From the NCBI RefSeq assembly GCF_006345805.1, contig NC_043023.1:14322001-14386000 (forward strand): DNA of 64,000 bases. The letters run 5' to 3'. Made by a program: the position numbers and the translations under genes. A model generated the notes under the pieces. The model saw only the letters and a list, made by a program, of their open reading frames with translations. It was not told the DNA's origin and searched no databases. This DNA is from Octopus sinensis. Taxonomy: Eukaryota. This document shows, in pieces, positions 25,812-38,595 of the stretch (positions within the stretch are counted from its first letter, which is position 1; every line of letters starts with the position of its first letter).

Positions 25812-27545
25812 AGGGAGAGAGAAAAGGAAAGTAAGGGTAGAGTAGACTAAGGAAGGAAAGAGTAAGAGTAAGAGAGAGAAATAGACTGAGGGAAAGCGTG
25901 ATAGGAAGACAGCAAAGAGACTAAGGGGAGGAGTGACATAACAAGAAAGTTATAGGAAAACAGAGAGAGAGAGAGTATAGGGACGAGTGAGAGACAGACA
26001 AGCAAACAGAGAGGGAGAGAGAAAGAGAGCGGGAAAGTAAGGGTAATACAAAGGAAGAGCGTATGGGGAGGAGTGACAGAATTAAAATTAATAAGTGAAA
26101 GGGAGTGAATATGCGGATAGACAGAGTGGAAGACAGAGGGGTGAATAAAGGTAGGACGCTGAGAGAGAGAGAGAAAGGCTAACACTAAAGAACAGAATTT
26201 GGGGAGGAGTGAGAGACGAACAAGTAGACAAATAGAAAGAGAGAGAGAGGGAGAGAAATTATGCGTAATAAGGAAGAGAGTATTGGAAGGAGTTATGAAA
26301 AATAAAGAGAGAAAGAGAGAGTGGATAAGTGAATAAACAAACAGGGAAAGAGAGGGGGTTAATAAAGGTAAAAGAGAGAGAGGAAGTAAGATTAAAACAG
26401 GGGAAAAGAGTATGGGGAGGAGTGAGAGACAAATAAGGAGACATACAAAGAGAAAGTAAGGGGTAAAAGAGGAATGATATGGGGAGGAGTGAAAGCCAAA
26501 CAAGCAGAGTGAGAGAGAGAGAGAGAGAAAGTAAGGTTAAAACAGAGGAAAAGAATATGGGGAGGAGTGAGAGACGAATAAGACATACAGAGACAAAGTA
26601 AGGGATAAAAGAGGAAGGATATAGGGAGGAGTGAAAGCCAAACAAGCAGAGAGAAAGAGAGAGTGAGAAAGTAATAAGGGTAATAAGAGCAAGAGAGTGT
26701 GGGGAAGAGTGATAGACTAAAAAATTAAACAGGGAAAGAGTTAATAAAAAGAGGAAGGGTATGAGGAGGAATGAAAGCCAAACAAGCACAGAGAGGGGGA
26801 GAAAGTAAAAAGGTAATAAGAGCAAGAGAGTATGGGGAAGAGTGATAGACTAAAAAATTAAAGAGGAAAAGAGTTAATAAAAAGAGGAAGGGTATGGGGA
26901 GGAGTGAAAGCCAAACAAGCAAACAGAGAGAGAGAGGGGAGAAAGTAAAAAGGGTAATAAGAGCAAGAGAGTATGGGAAGAGTGATAGAATAAAAAGTTA
27001 AAGAGAGAAAGAGTGAATAAAAAGACGAAGGGTATGGGGAGGAGTGAAAGCCAAACAAGCAGAGAGAGAGAGAAAGTAAAAAGGGTAATAAGAGCAAAAG
27101 AGTATGAGGAAGAGTGATAGAAGGAAAAATTAAAGAGAGAAATTAAAATTAAAGAGAGAAATAGTGAATAAAAAGAGGAAGGGTATGAGGAGGAGTGAAA
27201 GCCAAACAAGCAGAGAGAGAGAGAAAGTAAGGTTAAAACAGAGGAAAAGAATATGGGGAGGAGTGAGAGACGAATCAGGAGACATACAGAGGGAAAGTAA
27301 GGGGGTAAAAGGGGAAGGGAATGGGGAGGAGTGAAAGCCAAAGAAGCACAGAGAGAGAAAGAGGGAGAAAGTAATAAGGGTAATAAGAGCAAGAGAGTAT
27401 GGGGAAGAGTGATAGACTAAAAAATTAAAGAGAGAAAGAGTGCATAAAAAGAAATTGACAGAGAGAGAGAGAGAGAAAGAGACAGACAGGGGGGACGGGA
27501 GACAGACTAAGACAGAGACGGAGTGTGAGGGAGAATTAGATAGAG
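25100..27545. repeat. Purine-rich (GA) tract with ~130-140-bp higher-order units
   Basis: Almost entirely A/G on the plus strand. gagcaagagagt recurs at about 26687, 26820, 26961, 27091 and 27387. Confidence 0.85.
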
Positions 27546-27559
27546 AGAGGGTTCTAGAC

Positions 27560-27622
27560 GGAGTATCATCTTCCTGTTTCTCTCTCGAGTTCTTTCATTG
27601 AAGCTTCGTGAAATTTTAAATC
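27560..27622 (+). promoter_or_regulatory. Candidate CpG-rich promoter and untranslated first exon of TXNDC9
   Basis: Unique CpG-enriched sequence at 27540-27830 with a CTTCCTG (ETS-like) motif and a GTGAGT donor at 27623. The downstream TXNDC9 exon at 34184 has an acceptor that needs an upstream donor. Confidence 0.4.
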
Positions 27623-29070
27623 GTGAGTTCTGATGGCGATCGTCGTCTTATTTCTCTATTTTTCTCTGTCGATGGCGTTTCTCCTGTTGCTATTTTAGCT
27701 TGTCGTGTTGGTGTTGCTAATTTAAACCCTATTTAACCCGTTGGTTCATTCAAATTTCTCCCCTACCGCTCGAGATCGGACGGTTGTGATCCTGAAGCGG
27801 TTCCTACCATGGCCATCTCGACTTTAATTCAGTCATCATGTGTGTATATATATAAATATATGTCTGTACAAGCCGGAATTCCGCTATATATACGCAATGT
27901 CATCGTGACTGTATATATATATGTGTGTGTGTATATACATACATTATATATATATAATGTATGTATATATATGTGTGTATATATATATATATATGAGTGT
28001 ATATATATATATATATATACACATGACTATACACGATGTGTTCGTATCTCTATGTATGTGTGTGTATGTATATATATGTATGCATAAATATATATATGTG
28101 TGTGTTGTTGTGCTTAAGTCTCCGTAACATAGCGGTTCGGCAAATCAGACCGATAGAATAAGTACTAGTCTTACAAGTATAAGTCCTGGGGTCGATTTGC
28201 TCGACTAAAGGCGGTGCTCCAGCATGGCCTCAGTCAAATGACTGAAACAAGTAAAAGAGTATATATATATATATTATATATATATATATGTGTGTGTGTG
28301 TATTACATCGTATATGTGCATGTGTATACACACGTGATGTCTGCAGGTGAGGCGCGATTGTCATGGTTAGAATGTTTGCATTAGTCATTTATCAGATGTA
28401 GGTTTTTTTTCCTGACTCTTAAAAAAGAAGCTGAGATTTGATGGAGATCTTGACGATATGACTAATGAAAAGATCCCCACCTCTTGTTGGTTTGCTCATA
28501 TATATATATATATATATATATGTTCTCTTTCTCTCATTTTACTTGTTTCAGTCATTTGACTGTGGCTATGCTGGAGCACCGCCTTTAGTCGAGCAAATCG
28601 ACCTCAGGACTTATTCTTTGTAAGCCCAGTACTTATTCTATCGGATTCTTTTACTGAACAGCTAAGTTACAGGGATCTAAACATACCAGCATCGGTTGCC
28701 AAGCGATGTTGGGGGGACAAACACAGACACACAAACATAGGATCTTTTCCTTTTGAACGGCAGTTTTCAACACAATTTCTAGTTAACTAAACACTTTTAA
28801 ATTTGGCTGCTATTTCTAGACGTCTTCATGTGAATTAGGGAGAACAAAATCTAGTAAAATGTATTTTTTAAATGAAATTCTAGTGGTAAGTAGCTTGCTT
28901 ACCAACCACATGGTTCCGGGTTCAGTCCCACTGCGTGGCACCTTGGGCAAGTGTCTTCTACTATAGCCTCAGGCCGACCAAAGCCTTGTGAGTGGATTTG
29001 GTAGACGGAAACTGAAAGAAGCCCATCGTATATATGTATATATATATATAAATATATATATATATAATAT

Positions 29071-29148
<78 letters not shown>

Positions 29149-29149
29149 T

Positions 29150-29240
<91 letters not shown>

Positions 29241-29775
29241 GTGTGTATATATATATATATGTGTATATATATGTATATATATATATGTGTATATATATAT
29301 ATGTATATATATTTATATATATATATGTATGTGTGTGTGTGTGTGTGTTTTGTGTGTCTGTGTTTGTCCCCCTAGCATTGCTTGACAACCGATGCTGGTG
29401 TGTTTATGTCCCCGTCACTTAGCAGTTCGGCAAAAGGGACCAATAGAATAAGTACTGGGCTTACAAAGAATAAGTCCTGGGGTCGATTTACTCGACTAAA
29501 GGCGGTGCTCCAGCATGGCCGCAGTCAAATGACTGAAACAAGTAAAAGAGTAAGAGTATATGTAGGTGTTTGTATGTATAGGGCACAGGTGTGGCTGTGT
29601 TGTAAGGATATTGCTTCCCAACCACATGGTTCCGTGTTCAGTCCCGCCGTACCGTAGCTTGGGCAGTGTATTCTGCTATAGCCTCGGGCCGACCAAAGCC
29701 TTGTGAGTGGATTTGGTATATGGAAACTGAAAGATGCCCGTCGTATATATGCATGTATGTATATATATGTGTGTG

Positions 29776-32366
29776 TTCGATCGTTTTCCGTCCTTTCGTT
29801 ATATACATTCGAAGCTTTCTTCCAGGGGATCTAATGCGCTTGGCTTAGATTTCCCTTGGCGGGCTGGCCATATCGGAGCAATCTCAAGATTAATCAGCCG
29901 AAATTGCTAAGATGATCTGGTTCTTGACTGATGACTGAGGGCTTCGAATGTCCCGTCCTGTGGTTCTTGTGTCGTCTCTGTGGTGTTTCATGTTCTTGTC
30001 CATGTCTGTAATTAATTTTACTGTTTACCTATATAATCGGCGGCTACGTATCCACAATTGTCCTTATACGATAAGTATATTTTTTTCTCAAGCTTTGATA
30101 CGACTCTTAATCTGTCTCTTTTTCTCTCTCTCTCTCTCCTCCCTTATTCCACTTCCTTTCTTTCCCTCTCCATCCGTCCCCCCCCCCTTTCTACGTTTCT
30201 CTATCTCTCTCACCTCCAGCCCCCTCGATCTGTCTCTTTCTTCTCCTCCCTCGTCCACCTTCTCTCCCTTTTCATCTGTCCCTTTCTCCTGTCTTTTGTT
30301 CTCACGTGACAGCTAGCCACTGTTGAGCGCTCTTTTCGTTTTCAGCAGCCTCAGAAGCAACACGTATTTGTTCGTCTCCCCGTGGCCTTTAGGCACAACT
30401 TCACAAGCCAGCCCCATTCTCAAATCGTCCTGTCGAAAGACCCTTGTCCTACGTCCTGGTTTTGTTTTGTTGTTTATTTTTTATTTTTACCGTTATTGTT
30501 TTTACGTTTTTGTATTCTTATTGGTGTCACGTATTCTGTATTTTTGTTTGTGTACTTCGATCGTTTTCCGTCCTTTCGTTATATACATTCGAAGCTTTCT
30601 TCCAGGGGATCTAATGCGCTTGGCTTAGATTTCCCTTGGCGGGCTGGCCATATCGGAGCAATCTCAAGATTAATCAGCCGAAATTGCTAAGATGATCTGG
30701 TTCTTGACTGATGACTGAGGGCTTCGAATGTCCCGTCCTGTGGTTCTTGTGTCGTCTCTGTGGTGTTTCATGTTCTTGTCCATGTCTGTAATTAATTTTA
30801 CTGTTTACCTATATAATCGGCGGCTACGTATCCACAATTGTCCTTATACGATAAGTATATTTTTTTCTCAAGCTTTGATACGACTCTTAATCTGTCTCTT
30901 TTTCTCTCTCTCTCTCTCCTCCCTTATTCCACTTCCTTTCTTTCCCTCTCCATCCGTCCCCCCCCCTTTCTACGTTTCTCTATCTCTCTCACCTCCAGCC
31001 CCCTCGATCTGTCTCTTTCTTCTCCTCCCTCGTCCACCTTCTCTCCCTTTTCATCTGTCCCTTTCTCCTGTCTTTTGTTCTCACGTGACAGCTAGCCACT
31101 GTTGAGCGCTCTTTTCGTTTTCAGCAGCCTCAGAAGCAACACGTATTTGTTCGTCTCCCCGTGGCCTTTAGGCACAACTTCACAAGCCAGCCCCATTCTC
31201 AAATCGTCCTGTCGAAAGACCCTTGTCCTACGTCCTGGTTTTGTTTTGTTGTTTATTTTTTATTTTTACCGTTATTGTTTTTACGTTTTTGTATTCTTAT
31301 TGGTGTCACGTATTCTGTATTTTTGTTTGTGTACTTCGATCGTTTTCCGTCCTTTCGTTATATACATTCGAAGCTTTCTTCCAGGGGATCTAATGCGCTT
31401 GGCTTAGATTTCCCTTGGCGGGCTGGCCATATCGGAGCAATCTCAAGATTAATCAGCCGAAATTGCTAAGATGATCTGGTTCTTGACTGATGACTGAGGG
31501 CTTCGAATGTCCCGTCCTGTGGTTCTTGTGTCGTCTCTGTGGTGTTTCATGTTCTTGTCCATGTCTGTAATTAATTTTACTGTTTACCTATATAATCGGC
31601 GGCTACGTATCCACAATTGTCCTTATACGATAAGTATATTTTTTTCTCAAGCTTTGATACGACTCTTAATCTGTCTCTTTTTCTCTCTCTCTCTCTCCTC
31701 CCTTATTCCACTTCCTTTCTTTCCCTCTCCATCCGTCCCCCCCCCCTTTCTACGTTTCTCTATCTCTCTCACCTCCAGCCCCCTCGATCTGTCTCTTTCT
31801 TCTCCTCCCTCGTCCACCTTCTCTCCCTTTTCATCTGTCCCTTTCTCCTGTCTTTTGTTCTCACGTGACAGCTAGCCACTGTTGAGCGCTCTTTTCGTTT
31901 TCAGCAGCCTCAGAAGCAACACGTATTTGTTCGTCTCCCCGTGGCCTTTAGGCACAACTTCACAAGCCAGCCCCATTCTCAAATCGTCCTGTCGAAAGAC
32001 CCTTGTCCTACGTCCTGGTTTTGTTTTGTTGTTTATTTTTTATTTTTACCGTTATTGTTTTTACGTTTTTGTATTCTTATTGGTGTCACGTATTCTGTAT
32101 TTTTGTTTGTGTACTTCGATCGTTTTCCGTCCTTTCGTTATATACATTCGAAGCTTTCTTCCAGGGGATCTAATGCGCTTGGCTTAGATTTCCCTTGGCG
32201 GGCTGGCCATATCGGAGCAATCTCAAGATTAATCAGCCGAAATTGCTAAGATGATCTGGTTCTTGACTGATGACTGAGGGCTTCGAATGTCCCGTCCTGT
32301 GGTTCTTGTGTCGTCTCTGTGGTGTTTCATGTTCTTGTCCATGTCTGTAATTAATTTTACTGTTTA

Positions 32367-32374
<8 letters not shown>
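29776..32374. repeat. ~780-bp tandem array, 3.3 near-identical copies, nested in a SINE
   Basis: Unit starts at 29776, 30556, 31335 and 32115. The only difference noticed is a poly-C length (10/9/10). Confidence 0.95.
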
Positions 32375-32409
<35 letters not shown>

Positions 32410-32665
32410 ATATATATATATGTTTGTGTATGTGTGCCTTTGTGTCTGTGTTTGTCCCCTCCATCACCATTTCACAACTGGTGATGGTTTGTTTATGTCC
32501 CTTGTAACTTAGCAGTTCGGCAAAAGAGGTGATAGAATAAGTACTAGGCTTTAATTAATAAGTCCTAGAATTGATTTGTTTGACTAAAAACCCTTGAATG
32601 TGGTGCTCCAGGATGGCTGCAATCAAATGACTGAAACAAGTAAATTAAAAATATATATATATATA

Positions 32666-33589
32666 CTGGGTCTTCCCATAAATAATGTGGGTTTTTTTTC
32701 AATTGCTTGAATTAAAAGTTGGAGGGAGACGAGATAAATTACCTGCATCAACTTGCTATAAAAGCAGGTAGTAATATTACCTTGTCCTTATTCTTAGTGC
32801 AAGTTTTGAAGAATGCAGTTAGATTTTGACAGTTATTTTTTCAAAGCTATAATGAAAGTGACAAAGGAGCATATTTGGCATATTTTGCTTTTATGAGTTC
32901 AATAAAGGCAACAATACAACAGAAAGTGTGGGGAATATTAATGCAGTATATGGGGATCGGACGATAAGCTTAAGCCAGTGTCAATGGTGGTTGGAAAAAT
33001 TCCAAGGCGGAAACTACAGCCTATAAGACCAGCCTTGTCCTGGAAGATCTGTAGAGCTTGACAAGGACATCTTGCAAACTCTAGTGGAACAAAATGCCAT
33101 CGTAACTGTTGAGGAACTTGTAGAGAAGCTTGGATTTGGTCATTCAACTACTCATAGACACCTGCATGCCATTGGAAAATGACCATCTTTGGTTTCAAGA
33201 TGAAAGGTGTTCTTCCATCAGGATAATGCTCAGCCACATACAGCGAGGATGACATTCCAAAGGCTGGAGCAGTTTGAATGGGAAACAATGTCCCACCCAC
33301 TATATTCGCTGGACATTGCCTCATCTGATTATCATTTATTCCACAGTCTTCAAAATCACTTGAACGGAAAAAATATGAATTCTGTAGATGAGTTGAGAAC
33401 AGTACTAGAGGAGTATTTTTTGTCATGGACAAGTGAGTTTTGGAAGAGGGGCCTTGTGAGTCTACCAGATAGATGGAAGAGCATCTAGAATATGAAGGAG
33501 AGTATATTTTAGATTAAAAAAGAACTTTATCTTAATTTTGAAAGTATAAAAAAAAAATTTTTAACCACATTATTTATTGGAGGACTTAA
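32666..33589 (+). mobile_element. Internally deleted mariner (DD34D-type) transposon
   Basis: Imperfect TIRs (..gtc(t/c)tcc(c/a)ataaataatgtgg) flanked by TA. HTH remnant EHIWHILL..EFNKG and catalytic remnant HQDNAQPH..SLDIASSDYHLF, with stops and a central deletion. Confidence 0.9.
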
Positions 33590-34205
33590 TATGTAAAAGG
33601 GTTGCTTCTCAACCACATAGTTCTGGGTTCAGTCCCATTGCATGGCACCTTGGGCAAGTATCTTCTACTATAGCCTCAGGCCAACCAAAGCCTTGTGAGT
33701 GCATTTGGTATAGGGAAACTGAAAGAATCCTGTTGTATATATATATATATGTTTGTGTTTGTTCCCCACCACCATCGCTTGACAACTGATGTTGGTGTGT
33801 TTTGTCCCCGTAACTTAGCGGTTCGGCATAAGAGACCGATAGAATAAGTACTAGGCTTACAAAGAATAAGTCCTGGGGTCGCTTTGTTCGGCTAAAGGTG
33901 GTGCTCCAGCATGGCCACAGTCAAATGACTGAAACAAGTAAAGGAATAAAAGAATGTAGATATATAAATGCATGTGTGTCAGTGTGTCCGATCCATGCCA
34001 GCATGGAAAACTGACGTTAAACGATGAAGATGAAGACGTCAACATTTAAATCAGCACTCAAAAAACCTTACCATTCTACCATCCTCTGCTCCCTTATTTT
34101 TCACTAACCCTAACACAACTGGGTTTTTTTTTCCCCACAAGTCCCACCATATAGCTGACACTTTTATATGTTTCTATTTTCAGAAGGGATCAAATTTGGA
34201 AAAAA

Positions 34206-34232
34206 ATGGCTGTGGATAACAAAAATACAGGG
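34206..34232 (+). CDS. TXNDC9: TXNDC9 first coding exon (MAVDNKNTG)
   Basis: Acceptor ttctattttcag ends at 34183. ATG at 34206. Phase-0 donor GGG|gtaagg at 34233 matches the phase-0 acceptor of the main exon. Confidence 0.65.
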
Positions 34233-35308
34233 GTAAGGAATCTTTTTCTTTTGTTGTTGTTATTGTTGAAGTGGTGAGCTGGCAGAAACGTTAGCATGCC
34301 GGGCGAAATGCTTAGCAGTGTTTTGTCTGTCGTTACGTTCTGAGTTCAAATTCCGCTGAGGTCGACTTTGCCTTTCATCCTTTCGGGGTCGATTAAATAA
34401 GTACCAGTTATGCACTGGGCTCGATATAATCGACTTAATCCGTTTGTCCTGTGTTTAGCCCCTTGACCAGGTTCCCGTGGTTTTTATGGGTTTTTGCACG
34501 AGTAACATTTCGAAGCGCCTCCCACTTTTGTTATATATATTTTCGTTATCTTGAATGTTTACACGGACCTTTCTTTTGGACAAAACCCTTGTAATTTTCG
34601 TCCTGTATTTGTCCTTGCATGTTTCTTTAATTTCTGTTAGCCCTTGTGGCCAATAAACCAGAATTAATTACAGGGATTCCCCAACTTGCGTGAGCCAACT
34701 TTTGATACCGAGTGTTCAGGTTGCGCAAGTTGTATTCTCGACTTGTGCTTGTTGTAAAAATATTTATTATCTATGGTTGCATTGCCTTGTCTGTTATCTT
34801 TCCATCATTTCAAATATACATAAAGTAAAAATAATTGATAACAATATCTGGTACTCGACTTGCACGTCCCCCAATTACTCGCGCAAGTCGAGGAATCCCT
34901 GTATTATTATTATTATTATTATTCGTGCTAGTGGCACGTAAAAAGCACCATCCGTTCATGGCCGTTGCCAGCCTTGCCTGGCCCCTGTGCTGGTGGCATG
35001 TAAAAAACACCATCCGATTGTGGCCATTGCCAGCCTCGCCTGGCCCCCACCATCTGATCGTGGCAGTTTGCCAGACTCGTCTGGCACCTGTACCGGTGGC
35101 ACGTAAAAAGCACCCACTACACTCACGGAGTGGTTGGCGTTAGGAAGGGCATCCAGCCGTAGAAACATTTCCAGATCATACTGGGCCTGGTGCAGCCTTC
35201 TGGCTTCCCAGACTCCAGTTGAACTGTCCAACCCATGCTAGCATGGAAAGCGGACGCTAAACGATGTTGATGATGATTCTCATGTCTTTTTTTCATTTAT
35301 TCTCACAG

Positions 35309-35950
35309 GATCAACTGATGAAGGCCGTGGAGATGATTGAAAGCCATGTGGACGCTCAGTTGCAGAAACTGGACAACATGGACGAGGATGACTTCATGGC
35401 CCTTCGCAGACAGCGCATGATGGAGCTGAAGCAACGGCAGCAACAACAGAAAGAATGGTTGGAGCAGGGCCACGGTGAATACACAGAGCTTGCTGGTGAA
35501 CGAGAGTTCTTTGACGAATGCAAAAAAAGCAAACATATCGTGTGCCACTTTTACCGCGAGTCGACGTTCCGATGTAAGATTGTCGACAAACACCTAAGGA
35601 TTTTGGCTCCTCAACACTTGGAGGCCAGATTCCTAAAGTTAAGCGTCGATAAGTGCCCGTTCCTTGTGGAACGCTTGAAAATCAAAATCTTGCCCACCAT
35701 CTACGTAGCAGTCGATAACAAGACCGCCTGTCACATCCGTGGCTTCACCGAGCTAGGTAACACAGACGATTTTCCCACAGAGGCGCTAGAGTGGCGACTG
35801 GGTCAGACGAAGGTGATCAACTACGAAGGGGAAATACCTGCGATAATAGGTGGGCCTGCGAAACCCAAAGTTAATATCACAAAGACATCTAAGACAATTC
35901 GGAACAACAATGATGATGACTCTGATGATAGTGAAGACGACTGGGAGTAG
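35309..35950 (+). CDS. TXNDC9: Thioredoxin domain-containing protein 9 / phosducin-like protein 3, main coding exon
   Basis: Translation contains GHGEY, VCHFYRESTFRCKIVDKHL, FLVERLKIKILPT and GFTELGNTDDF..EALEWRL plus an acidic tail, all recognisable as TXNDC9. Acceptor tctcacag at 35301-35308. AATAAA at about 36073. Confidence 0.95.
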   Translation, partial: DQLMKAVEMIESHVDAQLQKLDNMDEDDFMALRRQRMMELKQRQQQQKEWLEQGHGEYTELAGEREFFDECKKSKHIVCHFYRESTFRCKIVDKHLRILAPQHLEARFLKLSVDKCPFLVERLKIKILPTIYVAVDNKTACHIRGFTELGNTDDFPTEALEWRLGQTKVINYEGEIPAIIGGPAKPKVNITKTSKTIRNNNDDDSDDSEDDWE

Positions 35951-38472
35951 ATGTCAAAACCACCAGGCATGAGGTTTGGGGCACATCTCAGGGGTGGGTC
36001 TGTCCTCTCTCACTCTCTTACTTCTTAATTATTTTTCCTGTCCCCTTCCGTCACTCTGGGGTAGGTTCTGACAATAAAATATTTTCCATTTGTTTCATTT
36101 TTTACTAGTTTTACTTGTTAATTATTATGTTTTACCTGTTATCCAATTATGGCCGTTGCCAGCCTCGTCTGGCCTCCGTGCCGGTGGCACGTAAAAAGCA
36201 CCATCTGATCGTGGCCGTTTGCCAGCCTCATCTGGCACCTGTACAGGTGGCACGTAAAAAACCCACTACACTCACGGAGTGGTTGGCGTTAGGAAGGGCA
36301 TCCAGCTGTAGAAACACTGCCAGATCAGACTGGGCCTGGTGCAGCCTTCTGGCTTCCCAGACGCCAGTTGAACCGTCCAACCCATGCTAGCATGGAAAAC
36401 AGACGTTAAATGATGATGATGATGTTAATGTTGTATAGGCACAGGTGTAGTTGTGTAGTAAAATGCTTGCCTCCCAACCACATGGTTCTGGGTTCAGTCC
36501 CACTGTGTGGCACCTTGGGCAAGTATCTTCCACTTTAGCCTTGAGCCAACCAAAGCCTTGTGAGTGGATTTGGTAGATGGTAACTGAAAGAAGCCCGTCG
36601 TATATATGTATATATATGTACGTGTGTGTATATGTTTGTGTGTCTGTGTTTGTCTCCCCAACATCGCTTGACAACTGATGCTGGTGTGTTTACGTCCCCG
36701 TAACTTAGCGGTTCGGCAAAAGAGACCGATAGAATAAGTACTAGGCTTACAAAGAATAAGTCCTAGGGTTGATTTGCTTGACTAAATGCGGTGCTCCAGC
36801 ATGGCCACAGTCAAATGACTGAAAAACTAAAAAAAATAAAGAGAGAAATATTTCTCTTGTTTCAATTATTTTGAGAATAACAAAGAATTTAGAAAATAAC
36901 ATGAAATTTTGATGGACGGTTTTAAATTAGATCACTTTTTTTAAAAAATGTAAGTTTGAGTATGATAGTATCGACAAACGAAAGAGAAAAAGGCCAGAAT
37001 AGATAGGATCCACACATATAAAGATGCACATCTATACACACAAACATGGTACATAGTTGCATAACACACACACAAGGAAACAGAGGTGCATACATATACA
37101 AACACATACATAGAAAATACACAAACATGTACAAAGGCGCAGGAGTGGCTGTGTGGTAAGTAGTTTGCTAACCAACGACATGGTTCCGGGTTCAGTCCCA
37201 CTGTGTGGCATCTTGGGCAAGTGTCTTCTGCTATAGCCCCGGGCCGACCAAAGCCTTGTGAGTGGATTTGGTAGACGGAAACTGAAAGAAGCCTGTCGTA
37301 TATATGTATGTGTTTGCGTTTGTCCCCCCAACATCACTTGACAACCGATGCTGGTGTGTTTACGTCCCCGTCACATAGCGGTTCGGCAAAAGAGACCAAT
37401 AGAATAAGTACTGGGCCTACAAAGAATAAGTCCCGGGGTCGATTTGCTCGATTAAAGGCGGTGCTCCAGCATGACCGCAGTCAAATGACTGAAACAAGTA
37501 AAAGAGAGTAGTAAACATGGACAGGCAAGCACATAAATATGTAGGATACGTACATACAGATGCACACACATACATATGGATTTTGGAAGCACTCCGTCGG
37601 TTACGACGACGAGGGTTCCGGTTGATCCGATCAATGGAACAGCCTGCTCGTGAAATTAACGTGTAAGTGGCTGAGCACTCCACAGACACGTGTACCCTTA
37701 ACGTAGTTCTCGGGGATATTCAGCGTGACACAGAGAGTGACAAGGCCAGCCCTTTGAAATACAGGTACAACAGAAACAGGAAGTAAGAGTGAGAGAAAGT
37801 TGTGGTGAAAGAGTACAGCAGGGATCACCACCATCCCCTGCCGGAGCCTCGTGGAGCTTTTAGGTGTTTTCGCTCAATAAACACTCACAACGACCGGTCT
37901 GAAAATCGAAACCGCGATCCTATGACCGCGAGTCCGCTGCCCTAATCACTGGGCCATTGCGCCTCCACGCACATACATACACACATATATACAAACATAC
38001 ACATGCAAAAACACACACACATATATACGTACATGCATGCATGTATAGGCACACACACACACACACACACACTGACTCACACACATGCGCACAAAGAAAA
38101 AGGGAACGCAGTGTAAATAACAGACAGAGTCAAGACTATTGAAAAGGTTGCAAGATGCAATGAAAATTTTAGGAAAATAAAAATAAGAAATAAGTGGAAA
38201 TTTTACCGGTGAGTGTGTTACATTATAAGGCACAAAAAGAAAATGACTCTCCCCAGACACAGCAGAATAAAGATTGAAATTTGTTAAAACAATCCCTACC
38301 AAAGGAAACAATGCCTATGATACCACTCAAGATACAAGCTATTTCATTGGTTTGAAGAGATAGTGACGTCAAGCAGCTGAACCAATCAAAAACAATAACA
38401 CAAAAGAGAGTGGGACAGATATGGTTTCATGTTATAAAAATTTATTAAAAGCAAATGTGACAAAGTGCTGTG

Positions 38473-38595
38473 TCACAAGACAGCTTGACACATCCCTGGC
38501 GCAAAGAAGGAAACAGTTTTGTCAGACAGCTTAAATTGTCTCTTTTGAGACTGGTTAAGGGATGATGGACTCAGCCTCCTCCACGTTATTTCCAG
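38473..38595 (-). CDS. ELP6: ELP6 last coding exon
   Basis: Not annotated as such in the ORF track. Acceptor tttttcatccag, then LEITWRRLSPSSLNQSQKRQFKLSDKTVSFFAPGMCQAVL*, which resembles the vertebrate ELP6 end (SFFAKGMSPAVL). AATAAA on the minus strand at 38441-38446. Joined CDS is 873 nt (290 aa). Confidence 0.9.
   Translation of the reverse strand: MEITWRRLSPSSLNQSQKRQFKLSDKTVSFFAPGMCQAVL

Noticed and set aside
25369-27392. Leu/Ser/Phe-rich 'membrane protein' ORFs (also 50453-51052)
   Set aside because: They are stop-poor readings of polypyrimidine tracts.
29880-29960. Hammerhead in the 780-bp unit (CAGCC-GAAA ... CTGATGA ... GAAT)
   Set aside because: Core elements are present, but stems I, II and III do not close in either permutation, and GAAT replaces GAAA.
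29948-32484. Repeated 83-125-aa ORFs in the 780-bp array
   Set aside because: They are low-complexity, the frame changes with a homopolymer length, and no domain is recognisable.
33207-33488. Functional mariner transposase
   Set aside because: The element has an internal deletion, stops and frameshifts, so it is a non-autonomous relic.
35264-35308. ORF-track N-terminus MLMMILMSFFHLFSQ for TXNDC9
   Set aside because: It is a SINE tail plus the polypyrimidine tract and acceptor, so it is intronic.
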